Origin: Baekduia sp.
Lineage (GTDB): Bacteria; Actinomycetota; Thermoleophilia; Solirubrobacterales; Solirubrobacteraceae
DNA: 53,713 bases
Assembly (NCBI GenBank): GCA_036500525.1
Contig: DASYBY010000196.1
Span: 1 to 53,713, forward strand
Reading direction: 5' to 3'
The position numbers and the translations under genes are program-made. The notes under the pieces were generated by a model. The model ran no database searches, had not been told where the DNA came from, and saw only the letters and a list, made by a program, of their open reading frames with translations. Positions 9,537-19,142 of the stretch are shown here, one piece after another. Position 1 is the stretch's first letter. Every line of letters begins with the position of its first letter.

Positions 9537-10292
9537 TCAGCTGACCAGCAGCTTCACGATCGCGAAGCACCCGACCACCACGATCAGCCCCCGCAGCGCG
9601 GAGTCCGGCAGGCGGCGACCCACGCGGCTGCCGATCTGCGCGCCGACCACCGAGCCGACCGCGATCAGCGCCGCGACGTCCCACGCGATGTCCCCCAGCG
9701 CGATGAACGCGATGGCGGCCACCCCGTTGACCGCCAGCGTCAGCAGGTTCTTGGTGGCGTTGACCCGCTGCAGCGTCTCGTCGAGCCCGAGGCCCAGGAC
9801 CGCCAGCAGCAGGATCCCCTGGGCCGCGCCGAAGTAGCCGCCGTAGACGCCGCAGAGTAGGACGGCGACCTGGACGCTGCGCCCGCCGTGCGGATGGACC
9901 TCGACGCGGCGGGCGGCGATCGCCTTGGCCAGTCGCGGCTGCAGCACCACCAGCACGAGCGCGATGCCGATGAAGACCGGCACGATCGCCTTGAACGCGT
10001 CGGGCGGGAGCGTCAGCAGCAGCGTGGCGCCCGCCGCTCCGCCGATCAACGCCGCGATGACGAGGCGGATTGCGCGAGGACCCTGCCCGCGCAGCTCCGC
10101 ACGGTAGCCCAGCGTGCCCGAGACGGACCCCGGGACGAGGCCGACGTTGTTGGACATGTTGGCCACGATCGGCGCATAGCCGAGGCCGAGCAGCACCGGG
10201 AAGGTGACCAGCGTGCCGCTGCCCACCATCGTGTTGATCGCTCCGGCCCAGAGGCCGGCGAACAGGATGAGTAGTGCGTCGAGGAAGTCCAC
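9537..10292 (-). CDS. TauE/SafE (TSUP) family membrane protein
   Basis: AGAINTMVGSGTLVTFP, GVYGGYFGAAQG, NATKN. Confidence 0.9.
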   Translation of the reverse strand: MDFLDALLILFAGLWAGAINTMVGSGTLVTFPVLLGLGYAPIVANMSNNVGLVPGSVSGTLGYRAELRGQGPRAIRLVIAALIGGAAGATLLLTLPPDAFKAIVPVFIGIALVLVVLQPRLAKAIAARRVEVHPHGGRSVQVAVLLCGVYGGYFGAAQGILLLAVLGLGLDETLQRVNATKNLLTLAVNGVAAIAFIALGDIAWDVAALIAVGSVVGAQIGSRVGRRLPDSALRGLIVVVGCFAIVKLLVS

Positions 10293-10350
10293 GGCCGTCC
10301 GTCCTGCGAGGCCGTCAGGGCCCCGAGGGGGATCACCCAGGCACTCCGCT

Positions 10351-10377
10351 ATTAGTAGCTAACATAGCTTACGTTGG
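10351..10377. promoter_or_regulatory. Operator-like palindrome in the divergent TSUP/thiolase-operon spacer
   Basis: CTAACAT-AGCTT-ACGTTGG (10359-10377) is an imperfect inverted repeat in an AT-rich patch. Confidence 0.5.
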
Positions 10378-10452
10378 TCGCGAACGGCCGACGCCACCTC
10401 ACCGACGCGGAAGAAGCAGGTCGACGATGCCAGCCCTGAAGGGAACCCATCC

Positions 10453-11673
10453 ATGAGCCTCGGCATCCTCGCGGCCGGCCTCGCGCTCGGACCCGACCGG
10501 GCACCCGCCGGTCGCGGCCGGCGCCGCGCCGTCGGCCGACCCGACGAGGACGCGGTCACGCTGGCCGTGGACGCCGCCGCCGCGGCGCTCGCCGGCCATC
10601 CCGTCGCACCCTCGGCAGTCCTGCTCGTCTCGACCACCGCGCCCTACGAGCACGGTGGCTCGGTCCAGCTCGTGGTGGAGCTGCTCGGGCTTCAGGGCGC
10701 GCTCTTCGCCACCGAGCTGACCGCCACCGACCGTGACGGGCTCGCCGCCCTCCGCCTCGCGCTGAGCCTGGCCGAGACGGGCGACGGCCCGGTGCTGGTC
10801 TGCGCGACCCACAGCGACCGTGCCTCCAAGACGACCGGCGACGGCGCGGTCGCGCTGTTGATCGGTCGCGGCGACGGGCTCGCCGAGCTGTCGGTGGCCG
10901 GCAGCCATGTCGAGGAGCTCCGCGATCGCTGGAGCCTGCGCGGTGGGCCTCGGCACGAGGCCGACCGCTCGTTCGTCGAGAGCATCGGCACCGAGCGGCT
11001 GGCCCGGACCGTGTGGGACGCCTCGGCGACCGCGGGCGCCGGCGCGCGCGTGCTGATCGACGGGCCCGACGCGCGCTCGTCGGCGCGCCTCGAGCGCGAG
11101 CTCGGGGGCCCCGGCGACCTCGTCGCACCGGCGGTCGGCCACCTCGGTCCCGCCCACGCGCTGGCCCGGCTGCTGACCGCGCTCGCCGCGCCGTCGCAGT
11201 TGGTGGCCGTTGCCGCCGGGCAGGGCGACTGCCTGCGCGCGGTCCCCACCGCCGCCGGTGCCGAGGCCGCCGCCGCCGCCCGGGCACTCGTCGAGGCGCC
11301 CGGGCAGGAAATCGCGGCACCCCCTCCCGACGCCGTGCCCGCCGACTTCCACCCGTATCACTCGATCCCCCGCTCCTGGCGCGAGCGCGGTGCCGACCTC
11401 CGGCTCGAGGGGATCCTCCCGCCCGGCGCGCCCGTCCCCGGGCGCGACAACCCGACGGGGACCGTCGTCACCTGGACCCGCGACTGCGTCTACCCGGCCG
11501 CGCCCGTGACGGGCATGGCCATCGTGGACGTCGACGGCGGCGGGCGCTTCTTCGGACAGGTCTGTGCCGGCGAGGAGGTCGAGATCGGGTCGCGCATCCG
11601 GCTCGTCCCCCGCCGGCTCCATTCGGGCGGCGACGTCGTCCAGTACTTCTGGAAGGTGAGCCCGTGCCGGTAG
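10453..11673 (+). CDS. HMG-CoA-synthase-like/OB-fold (DUF35 C-terminal) fusion protein
   Basis: N-terminal DEDAVTLAVDAA and GDGAVALL. C-terminal GTVVTWT, DVDGGGR, LVPRRL and YFWK. No catalytic Cys or CxxC seen. Confidence 0.8.
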   Translation: MSLGILAAGLALGPDRAPAGRGRRRAVGRPDEDAVTLAVDAAAAALAGHPVAPSAVLLVSTTAPYEHGGSVQLVVELLGLQGALFATELTATDRDGLAALRLALSLAETGDGPVLVCATHSDRASKTTGDGAVALLIGRGDGLAELSVAGSHVEELRDRWSLRGGPRHEADRSFVESIGTERLARTVWDASATAGAGARVLIDGPDARSSARLERELGGPGDLVAPAVGHLGPAHALARLLTALAAPSQLVAVAAGQGDCLRAVPTAAGAEAAAAARALVEAPGQEIAAPPPDAVPADFHPYHSIPRSWRERGADLRLEGILPPGAPVPGRDNPTGTVVTWTRDCVYPAAPVTGMAIVDVDGGGRFFGQVCAGEEVEIGSRIRLVPRRLHSGGDVVQYFWKVSPCR

Positions 11674-12854
11674 CCGGCAACGTCGCGATCATCGGTTCCG
11701 CGGCCACGCGCTTCGGCGTGCACCACGACCGCGGCTACCTCGACCTGCTCAAGGAGGCCGCCTCCGGGGCGATCTCCGACGCCGGGCTGGAGGCCGCGCA
11801 GATCGGCGCCGCCTGGCTGGGGACCGCCCATCCGGAGCTCGTGAGCTTGCAGGGCGACTCGGGCACCGCGGTGACCGAGGTCCTCGGCTTCGCCCCGAAG
11901 CCGGTCACGCGCGTCTCGGCCTACTGCGCCACCGGCATGGAGGCCGTCCGCGGAGCGGCGCTGAGCATCGCCGCCGGCGAGTACGACTACGTGCTGGCCG
12001 TGGGCGCCGAGAAGATGCGCGACGTCGCTCCCCGCGAGAGCCTCGTCGCCCGAGTCGCCAACCTGACGCACCCCACGCTGGCCAAGGGGCGCTCCGGCCC
12101 TGGTCAGTTCGCGCTGCTGGCGACACGCTACCTCCACGACTTCGGTCGCAGCCGCGACGACATGGCCGCGGTCGCCGTCAAGAACCACGAGCACGCGAGC
12201 CGGAACCCGATCGCACATTACGACCAGCCGGTCACGCGCGAGCAGGTGCTCGCCGCCCCGATGGTCGCCGACCCGCTCGGCCTCCTGGACTGCACGCCGA
12301 CGACCGACGGCGCGGCCGCCGTGGTCCTGACCTCGGTGGAGCGCGCTCGCACGCTCGGGCGGCCCTACGCGGTGCTCGACGGCGTCGGCTTCGCCGTCGT
12401 CGACGGCTACTACGCGACCCTCTACAACCCCGACAACGACTACCTCGGGTTCCGCTCGACGCGTGAGGCGGCGCGGATCGCCTACGCACAGGCGGGCATC
12501 GAGAACCCGCGAGAGGAGCTCGACATGGTGGAGTGCCACGACTGCTTCACGATCACCGAGATCATCAACTACGAGGATCTCGGGCTGGCGCCGCGCGGTG
12601 AGGGCTGGAAGCTGCTCGCCGAGGGCGCGACGACGGTGGGCGGCGACATCCCCGTCAACCTCTCCGGCGGCCTGCAGTCCTGCGGGCACCCGATCGGCGC
12701 CACCGGGGTCCGGGTCGTCAAGGAGATCGCCGACCAGGTCACCGGCCGGGCCGGACCCCGCCAGGTCGACGGCGCGCGCCGCGGCCTGGCCCACACGCTC
12801 GGGGGCCCGGGCGTGCTCTCGAGCGTCATGGTCCTCTCGCGGGGTGAGGCATGA
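11664..12854 (+). CDS. Acetyl-CoA acetyltransferase, SCP2-type thiolase family
   Basis: SAYCATG, VKNH, TDGAAA, ECHDCFT, NLSGG, GHPIGATG. GTG start overlaps the upstream gene. Confidence 0.9.
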   Translation: MPVAGNVAIIGSAATRFGVHHDRGYLDLLKEAASGAISDAGLEAAQIGAAWLGTAHPELVSLQGDSGTAVTEVLGFAPKPVTRVSAYCATGMEAVRGAALSIAAGEYDYVLAVGAEKMRDVAPRESLVARVANLTHPTLAKGRSGPGQFALLATRYLHDFGRSRDDMAAVAVKNHEHASRNPIAHYDQPVTREQVLAAPMVADPLGLLDCTPTTDGAAAVVLTSVERARTLGRPYAVLDGVGFAVVDGYYATLYNPDNDYLGFRSTREAARIAYAQAGIENPREELDMVECHDCFTITEIINYEDLGLAPRGEGWKLLAEGATTVGGDIPVNLSGGLQSCGHPIGATGVRVVKEIADQVTGRAGPRQVDGARRGLAHTLGGPGVLSSVMVLSRGEA

Positions 12855-14230
12855 GCGCCACCACGGCAAGCGTCGGCGGCCAGGTCTTCTGGCGCGGCGA
12901 CGACGGCTACGAGCGCGCACGGCTGGACGCCGTCTGGCACGAGCGCAAGCCCGACCGCCATCCCGCCGTCGTCGTGGTGCCCGCGACCGAGCAGGACGTC
13001 GTCGATGCCGTCCGGATGGCGCGCGAGCGCGGCCTGCGGATCAAGGCCTGCTCGGGCGGCCACAGCTTCACCTGCTCCAGCCACCGCGAGGGCGGGATGT
13101 TGATCGACCTCGGGGCGCTGACCGCGACGACCGTCGACGCCGCCGCCGGCACCGCGACCGCGCAGCCCGGCGCCAGCGGCCGGCTGCTCAACGACCAACT
13201 GCTCGAGCACGAGCTCTTCTTCCCCACCGGCCACTGCCAGTCGGTCGCCCTCGGCGGCTACCTGCTGCAGGGCGGCTGGGGCTGGTACTCGCGCGTGATC
13301 GGGCCGGCCTGCGGGTCGGTCACCGCCATCGACGTCGTCACGGCCGACGGCGAGCTGATCCACGCCGACGAGCACCACCACACCGACCTGCTGTGGGCCG
13401 CGCGCGGTTCGGGCTCGGGCTTCTTCGGCGTCGTCACGCGCTTCTACCTGAAGTGCCACCCGCGGCCGAAGTCGATGATGGTCGGGCGCTACCTCTACCC
13501 GGTGTCGCTGACCGAGGACGTCCTCTACTGGCTGCACGCGCTCACCGATGAGGCTCCCCCCGGCCTGGAGTTCATGTTCCACAGCCGCCGCCGGCGCACG
13601 CCCGACGGCGTGATGATCGAGGGCGCGCCGTCACCGCACGTGACCGGCATCGCGATGTTCGACTCAGACGCCGAGTGCGAGGAGGCGCTGGCGCTGCTGG
13701 CGACCTGCCCCGTCGTCGACCGCGCCGTTGAATCGCGCACCAACGTGCCCACCACGCTCAACGGCCTCTACGACGCCAACGCTGTCGTCACGCTGCAGCG
13801 CTACGCCTGGGTCGGCGACGGACTCTGGACCGACGCGCCCGCCGAGGAGCTCGTGCCCGCCTTCCAGGAGCTCTGCCTGGACGTCGCCAGCAACGCCTCC
13901 TACGCGTTCTGGTACCCGTGGTCGAAGCCCGAGTACCCCGACTGCGCGCTGTCGATCACCGGCAAGCACTACCTCGCCGGCTTCGGCGCGTGGACGCCGC
14001 CCGACGACGGCGGCCCCTACCGCGACTGGCTTGCGGGCCACCTGCGCCGAATGGAGCCGCTGTCGAAGGGGATCCAGCTCGCCGACGAGAACCTGCTGGA
14101 CCGGCCCGAATCGCGCTACATGACCGACGTCGCGCTGACGCGGCTGGATGCGATCCGCGCCCAGTACGACCCCGACGGCCGCTTCTACTCCTACTTCTAC
14201 GGGGAGCAAGACACCCCCGGCCCGGTGTAG
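12851..14230 (+). CDS. FAD-binding oxidoreductase, BBE-like (probably bicovalent FAD)
   Basis: SGGHS, PTGHC, LLWAARG, YDPDGRF. Confidence 0.88.
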   Translation: MSATTASVGGQVFWRGDDGYERARLDAVWHERKPDRHPAVVVVPATEQDVVDAVRMARERGLRIKACSGGHSFTCSSHREGGMLIDLGALTATTVDAAAGTATAQPGASGRLLNDQLLEHELFFPTGHCQSVALGGYLLQGGWGWYSRVIGPACGSVTAIDVVTADGELIHADEHHHTDLLWAARGSGSGFFGVVTRFYLKCHPRPKSMMVGRYLYPVSLTEDVLYWLHALTDEAPPGLEFMFHSRRRRTPDGVMIEGAPSPHVTGIAMFDSDAECEEALALLATCPVVDRAVESRTNVPTTLNGLYDANAVVTLQRYAWVGDGLWTDAPAEELVPAFQELCLDVASNASYAFWYPWSKPEYPDCALSITGKHYLAGFGAWTPPDDGGPYRDWLAGHLRRMEPLSKGIQLADENLLDRPESRYMTDVALTRLDAIRAQYDPDGRFYSYFYGEQDTPGPV

Positions 14231-14233
14231 ACG

Positions 14234-15484
14234 ATGACCGGCGTTCCGATCCTGGAGGGCTTCGACCCGCTCTCGCAGGCCTTCCTCGCCGACCCGCTGC
14301 CGTCGCTGGAGCGGGCCCGGCGCGAGCGTCCCGTCCTCTATGTCGAGGAGCTCGGCATCTGGGCGATCACGCGCTACGACGATGTCGCGCGCGCCTACGG
14401 AGACTTCACGACCTTCTCCAGCGCGCTGCGCAACGCCCCGGCCATCCCGGAGCGCTACGCCGACGAGGTCCCGGCGGACTTCTTCCCGCCGATCTTCATG
14501 GACCGCGACCCGCCGGAGCACACGGCGATCCGCAAGGCGGCCAACAAGGTCTTCCGGCGACCGCGGATCGCGGCGATGGAGGCCCACGTCCAGACGATCG
14601 TCGACGAGCTGATCGACGCGTTCGCCGCCGACGGCGCCTGCGACCTGGTCCAGCAGTTCACCTACCCGTTGTCGGCACGCGCGTCGATGGCGCTGATCGG
14701 GATCCCCGAGGCAGACCTGCCGCGCTTCGAACAGCTCGCCGAGGATCTCGTGGCGATCCTGCCGTACCAGCCCGGCGTCTCCGGCCAAACGCTCAGCGAG
14801 ACCCAGTGGCTGCGGCGCTGGGAGCGGATCGTCGAGGCGCGCGGCTACTTCCGCGCGATGGTGCAGGCGCGCGTCGCGGAGCCTGAGGACGACGTCGCCT
14901 CGGCCTTCGTCCACGCGCGCGACGGCGACGGGCAGCCGATCATGAGCGTCGAGGACACCGTCAGCTACATGCTGTTGATGATCTTCGCGGGCACCGACAC
15001 GACCGCGAGCTACATCGGCCTGCTGGTGAAGCTGCTGTGCGAGCATCCCGTCCAGCTCGACGCCGCGCTCGCCGACCCGGCGGTGATGGCCAACGCGGTT
15101 GAGGAGGGGCTGCGCCGCCGCGCGAGCAGCCTCGGCTCGATGCGCCTGGTCACGCGCGACGTCGAGGTGGCCGGCCAGACGATCCCCGCCGGCGCGCAGG
15201 TCTGGCTGGTCTCCACGTCGGCCTCCAACGACGAGGAGCGCTTCGCCTGCCCGGCGCACTTCGACGTCCACCGCGCCAACGCCGGCGACCATCTCGCCTT
15301 CGGCCGCGGCCGGCACTTCTGCATGGGCGCGCCGCTCGCGCGGCTGGAGGCGCCGCTGGCGGTCCGGGCGTTGTGGTCGCGGCTGCCGGGCTTCCGCCTC
15401 GCCTCGGGGCACACGCTGCAGTACGACCCTGTCTTCGTCACGTTGTTGTACAACCACCTCCACGTCGGATGGGATGCCGCATGA
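14234..15484 (+). CDS. Cytochrome P450
   Basis: DPPEH, AGTDTT, EEGLR, HLAFGRGRHFCMG. Confidence 0.96.
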   Translation: MTGVPILEGFDPLSQAFLADPLPSLERARRERPVLYVEELGIWAITRYDDVARAYGDFTTFSSALRNAPAIPERYADEVPADFFPPIFMDRDPPEHTAIRKAANKVFRRPRIAAMEAHVQTIVDELIDAFAADGACDLVQQFTYPLSARASMALIGIPEADLPRFEQLAEDLVAILPYQPGVSGQTLSETQWLRRWERIVEARGYFRAMVQARVAEPEDDVASAFVHARDGDGQPIMSVEDTVSYMLLMIFAGTDTTASYIGLLVKLLCEHPVQLDAALADPAVMANAVEEGLRRRASSLGSMRLVTRDVEVAGQTIPAGAQVWLVSTSASNDEERFACPAHFDVHRANAGDHLAFGRGRHFCMGAPLARLEAPLAVRALWSRLPGFRLASGHTLQYDPVFVTLLYNHLHVGWDAA

Positions 15485-16350
15485 ACGACCTCCGGAGCTC
15501 GTCGATCCTCCTCGAGGGCCTGTGCATGCCAGAGTGCCTGCGCTGGCACGAGGGTCGCCTGTTCCTCTCCGACATGGAGGCCGGCACCGTGATCGCCGTC
15601 GGCCTCGACGGCTCCTCGGAGGTCGTCGCGACCGTCGACCGGACACCCGCCGGCCTGGGCTGGACTCCCGACGGCGACCTGCTGATCGTCTCCCGCCACG
15701 ACCGGCGGTTACTGCGCTCGCGCGCCGGCGACGGCCTTGAGCAGGTCGCCGACCTGAGCACGGTGATCGGCAGCGACCTCAACGACATGGTCGTCGACGC
15801 GCAGGGCCGCGCCTACATCGGCGACTTCGGCTACGACTACCTCGGCGGGGAGGCGCCCGCGGCGGGCGAGATCGTGCTGGTCGCCGACGGCGAGCCGCGC
15901 GTCGTGGCCGAGGGCCTGGACTTCCCGAACGGAATGGTGATCACCGCCGACGGCTCCGCGCTGATCGTCGCCGAGACGTTCTCGGGCCGGATAGCGCAGC
16001 TCCGGATCGCGGCCGACGGCACGCTGTCGGACCGCACGGTGTTCGCCGACCTCGGTGACCGCCAGCCCGACGGCCTCTGCCTCGACGCCGAGGGCGCGGT
16101 GTGGGCCGGCTGCCCGATCCAGGGCGAGGTCTGCCGCGTGCTGCCCGGCGGCACGATCACCGACCGCGTCGTGATCGGCGACCGCCACTGCATGAGCGCC
16201 GAGCTCGGCGGCCCGGACGGCCGGACGCTCTTCATCGGGACCGCCGACCTGGACTTCGACCCGCTCGACCCCGCCCGCCCCCCGGCACGACCGTCGGAGG
16301 GGCGCATCGAGGCCGTCGAGGTCGACGTCCCCGGCCTCGTCCGCGCGTGA
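15481..16350 (+). CDS. SMP-30/gluconolactonase/LRE family protein
   Basis: PECLRWH, NDMVVD, FPNG, PDGLCLDAEG. Confidence 0.92.
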   Translation: MNDLRSSSILLEGLCMPECLRWHEGRLFLSDMEAGTVIAVGLDGSSEVVATVDRTPAGLGWTPDGDLLIVSRHDRRLLRSRAGDGLEQVADLSTVIGSDLNDMVVDAQGRAYIGDFGYDYLGGEAPAAGEIVLVADGEPRVVAEGLDFPNGMVITADGSALIVAETFSGRIAQLRIAADGTLSDRTVFADLGDRQPDGLCLDAEGAVWAGCPIQGEVCRVLPGGTITDRVVIGDRHCMSAELGGPDGRTLFIGTADLDFDPLDPARPPARPSEGRIEAVEVDVPGLVRA

Positions 16351-17432
16351 GCGCCGCCGCGGCGCCCTGGCCGGACCCCGCGTGGCTGGCGCCGCGCGCG
16401 ATCCCCGACCCGGCGCCGGGTGTAGCGATCGCCGGCTTCGGCGCGATCGCCGCCAACGAGCACCTGACGGTCTACCGCGCGCACGAGATCCGTATCGTCG
16501 GCGTCTTCGACCCGTCGCCGGAGGCGACGGCACGCGCCACCGCGCTCGGCCTGCACACCTACGACGACCTCGACGCCCTGCTGGCCGATGACGCCGTCAC
16601 GCTGGTCGACGTCGCGACGCCCGCGGCGGTCCGGCCGGCGATCGTCGCCCGCGCGCTGGACGCCGGCAAGCACGTGCTGGCCCAGAAGCCGTTCGCGCTC
16701 GACGTCGACGTGGCGGCCGCGCTCGTCGACCGCGCGCAGCGCGCCGGCCTCACGCTCGCCGTCAACGTCAACGCCCGCTGGGCGGCCGGGTGGCGCATGG
16801 CCGGCCGGCTGGTGCGCGAGGGCCGCATCGGCGAGGTCCGGGCCGTGAGCCACGTCGTCGAGCTCGACCTCGGCGCGCAGGCCGGCGGCCCGCTGGACGC
16901 GACCGGCGACTTCGCGATCGTCGACGTGCTCACCCACTGGATCGACATCACCGGGACGTGGATCCCGTGGACGTGGCCGGTGCGCGTGCAGGCCCAGGAG
17001 CACCGCCTGCCCGCCCAGCCGGAGGCGTCGATCTCGGCGTTCGGGGCGATCGTGACGTTCGTGACCGCGGCGGGCGTGTCGGTGTCGATCCAGCTCGTTG
17101 GCGCCAACGCGCTGGCCCAGCCGCGTTGGACCGCGTGGGTCCATGGCGTGGACGGGACGATCCGCACGCGCTCGCGCTGGGCGGGTCCCGACGAGCTCTG
17201 GCTCGACGCACCGGACGGCACGATGACGGCGACCAGCGCCGACCAGGGCTGGGTCCCGCACGGCTTCGAGGGCTCGATCCTCGAGGCATTGCATGCCGCC
17301 GCCTCTGGCGAGCCGGCCGAGAACGCGGTGCGCTCGCACCTGCCGATGCTCGCCGTGGTGCTGGCCGCGGGGCGCAGCGCGCGTGCCGGCGGCGTGCCGG
17401 AGACCGTCGACGAGCCGCGGTTGCAGTCCTAG
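16347..17432 (+). CDS. Gfo/Idh/MocA family oxidoreductase
   Basis: AGFGAIA, GKHVLAQKP, DVLTHWID. GTG overlaps the upstream stop. Confidence 0.88.
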   Translation: MSAAAAPWPDPAWLAPRAIPDPAPGVAIAGFGAIAANEHLTVYRAHEIRIVGVFDPSPEATARATALGLHTYDDLDALLADDAVTLVDVATPAAVRPAIVARALDAGKHVLAQKPFALDVDVAAALVDRAQRAGLTLAVNVNARWAAGWRMAGRLVREGRIGEVRAVSHVVELDLGAQAGGPLDATGDFAIVDVLTHWIDITGTWIPWTWPVRVQAQEHRLPAQPEASISAFGAIVTFVTAAGVSVSIQLVGANALAQPRWTAWVHGVDGTIRTRSRWAGPDELWLDAPDGTMTATSADQGWVPHGFEGSILEALHAAASGEPAENAVRSHLPMLAVVLAAGRSARAGGVPETVDEPRLQS

Positions 17433-17457
17433 ATAACGATAGGCATAGTCGTCAGCA

Positions 17458-18366
17458 ATGAACATCGGCATCGGCCTCCCCTCCGGCTTGCCCGGAACCA
17501 CCCGCGACGAGCTGCTGAGCTGGGCGCGTCGGGCCGAGGAGTGCGGCTTCTCCAGCCTCTCGGTGGTCGACCGCCTCGTCTACGGCAACTGGGAGCCGCT
17601 GATCGCACTGGCCGCCGCGGCCGCCGTCACCGAGCGCATCCGGCTGACCGCGACGATCCTGATCGTCCCCGCGCGCGGCAACCCGGCGCTGCTCGCCAAG
17701 CAGGTCGCCACCGTGCAGGAGCTCTCCGGCGGCCGCCTCTCACTCGGCGTGGGCCTCGGCGGCCGCCCCGACGACTACATCGCCGCGGGCGTCGACGCCG
17801 AGGCTCGCGGCCGGCTGATGGACGACGCGCTCGCAGAGCTCGAGCAGATCTGGGGCGGCGCCCGCCGCGGACTGGCCGGCGCCATCGGTCCGACGCCGTC
17901 CCCGGTGCCGCCGCTCTCGCTCGGCGGCTTCTCCCCGGCCGCGTACCGGCGCGCGGCGCGGCACGGCGAGGGCTGGGTCGCGGCCGGCGGTGGGCCGGAC
18001 GCCTTCCGGGCCGGCGCCGTCCAGGCCGCCGCGGCCTGGCGCGCGGCGGGGCGCACCGACCGCCCGCGGCTGTCGATGATCGCCTACTTCGGCCTCGGGC
18101 CTGACGCGGAGGAGCGCGCCACCGCGGCGCTGTTGGACTACTACGCGTTCGCCGGCGGCCCGGAGCACGTGCTGTCCGGCGACGCGCTCGCCCACGTCGA
18201 CCCGGCGCTCATCGCCCGGACCGCGCTGACCTCTGAGGCTGCCGTCCTCGGCGCGCGCGACGCGTTCGCCGGCGCCGGCTGCGACGAGCTCATCCTCCTG
18301 CCCACCCAGGCCGGCCTCGACCAGGTCGAGCTGCTGGCCGCCGCCGGCTGCGTCGCCGAGGCCTGA
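17458..18366 (+). CDS. LLM-class flavin-dependent oxidoreductase
   Basis: GFSSLSVVDRLVY, AAVTERIRL, SGGRLSLGVGLG. Confidence 0.9.
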   Translation: MNIGIGLPSGLPGTTRDELLSWARRAEECGFSSLSVVDRLVYGNWEPLIALAAAAAVTERIRLTATILIVPARGNPALLAKQVATVQELSGGRLSLGVGLGGRPDDYIAAGVDAEARGRLMDDALAELEQIWGGARRGLAGAIGPTPSPVPPLSLGGFSPAAYRRAARHGEGWVAAGGGPDAFRAGAVQAAAAWRAAGRTDRPRLSMIAYFGLGPDAEERATAALLDYYAFAGGPEHVLSGDALAHVDPALIARTALTSEAAVLGARDAFAGAGCDELILLPTQAGLDQVELLAAAGCVAEA

Positions 18367-18372
18367 CGAGCG

Positions 18373-19134
18373 CTACTGCACCCAGCGCACGGTGCGGAAG
18401 ACGTGCTCGGCGAAGCGCGTGTCGCTGTAGTCCTGCGCCTCCTTGAGGTGCGTCCGCATCGCCCCGGCGGCGGCATCGCCGTCGCCGGCCCGGAGCGCGG
18501 CGATGATGCGCTCGTGGGCCCGCGCGATCGCCTGGATCTCGCGCGCGGAGTAGCGGATCCCGATCGCCTGCCCGTCGCCGATCACCCCCAGCGTCTCGCA
18601 GAAGATCCGCAGGACGATCGACCCACAGTGCTCGGCGATGAGCGCGTGGAAGCGCCGGTTGCCGCGCGCGAAGGCCTCCATGTCGGAGGGCTCGACGGTC
18701 ATCGCCGCGTTGGCCTCCTCGAGCTCGCCCAGCGCGGCGGCCGGCATCAGCGCTGCGGCGGCGCGCGCGACGGTCGGCTCGAGCAGGCTGCGCGCGCTCA
18801 TGACCTGCGAGAAGCTGGCGCCCTCGAACTGCAGCAGCAGCGTCAGCGCTTCGGCCAGGTCCGCGGGACGCGGGCGCCGCACGACCGGCCCGCCGCCGGG
18901 GCCTGAGCGGATCGTCAGCACCCCGCGCGCCTCGAGCAGGCGCAGCGCCTCACGCATCGTGGTGCGGCCCACGCCCATCGACTTGGCGACGGCGTTCTCG
19001 GTCTCCAGCGACGTGCCTTCGGGGAGCCGCGCATCGACGATGTAGGCCGCCAGATCGCGAGCGACGATCTCCGAGGACTTCGGCTGCCGGGGACGGGTGC
19101 CGAGCACCAGCCGCGCCCGGGCGCCGGTCGACAT
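18373..19134 (-). CDS. GntR/FadR family transcriptional regulator
   Basis: Winged HTH GVGRTTMREALRLLE and GPGGG, followed by an FCD domain (NRRFH, AHERI, MRTHL). ATG at 19134. Confidence 0.93.
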   Translation of the reverse strand: MSTGARARLVLGTRPRQPKSSEIVARDLAAYIVDARLPEGTSLETENAVAKSMGVGRTTMREALRLLEARGVLTIRSGPGGGPVVRRPRPADLAEALTLLLQFEGASFSQVMSARSLLEPTVARAAAALMPAAALGELEEANAAMTVEPSDMEAFARGNRRFHALIAEHCGSIVLRIFCETLGVIGDGQAIGIRYSAREIQAIARAHERIIAALRAGDGDAAAGAMRTHLKEAQDYSDTRFAEHVFRTVRWVQ

Positions 19135-19142
19135 CGGGCCCG

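Noticed and set aside
10453-18366. Secondary-metabolite biosynthetic cluster
   Set aside because: No PKS, NRPS, ACP, terpene synthase or precursor peptide. Importers and ring-cleavage genes favour catabolism, although a PhlABC-like biosynthetic role is not excluded.
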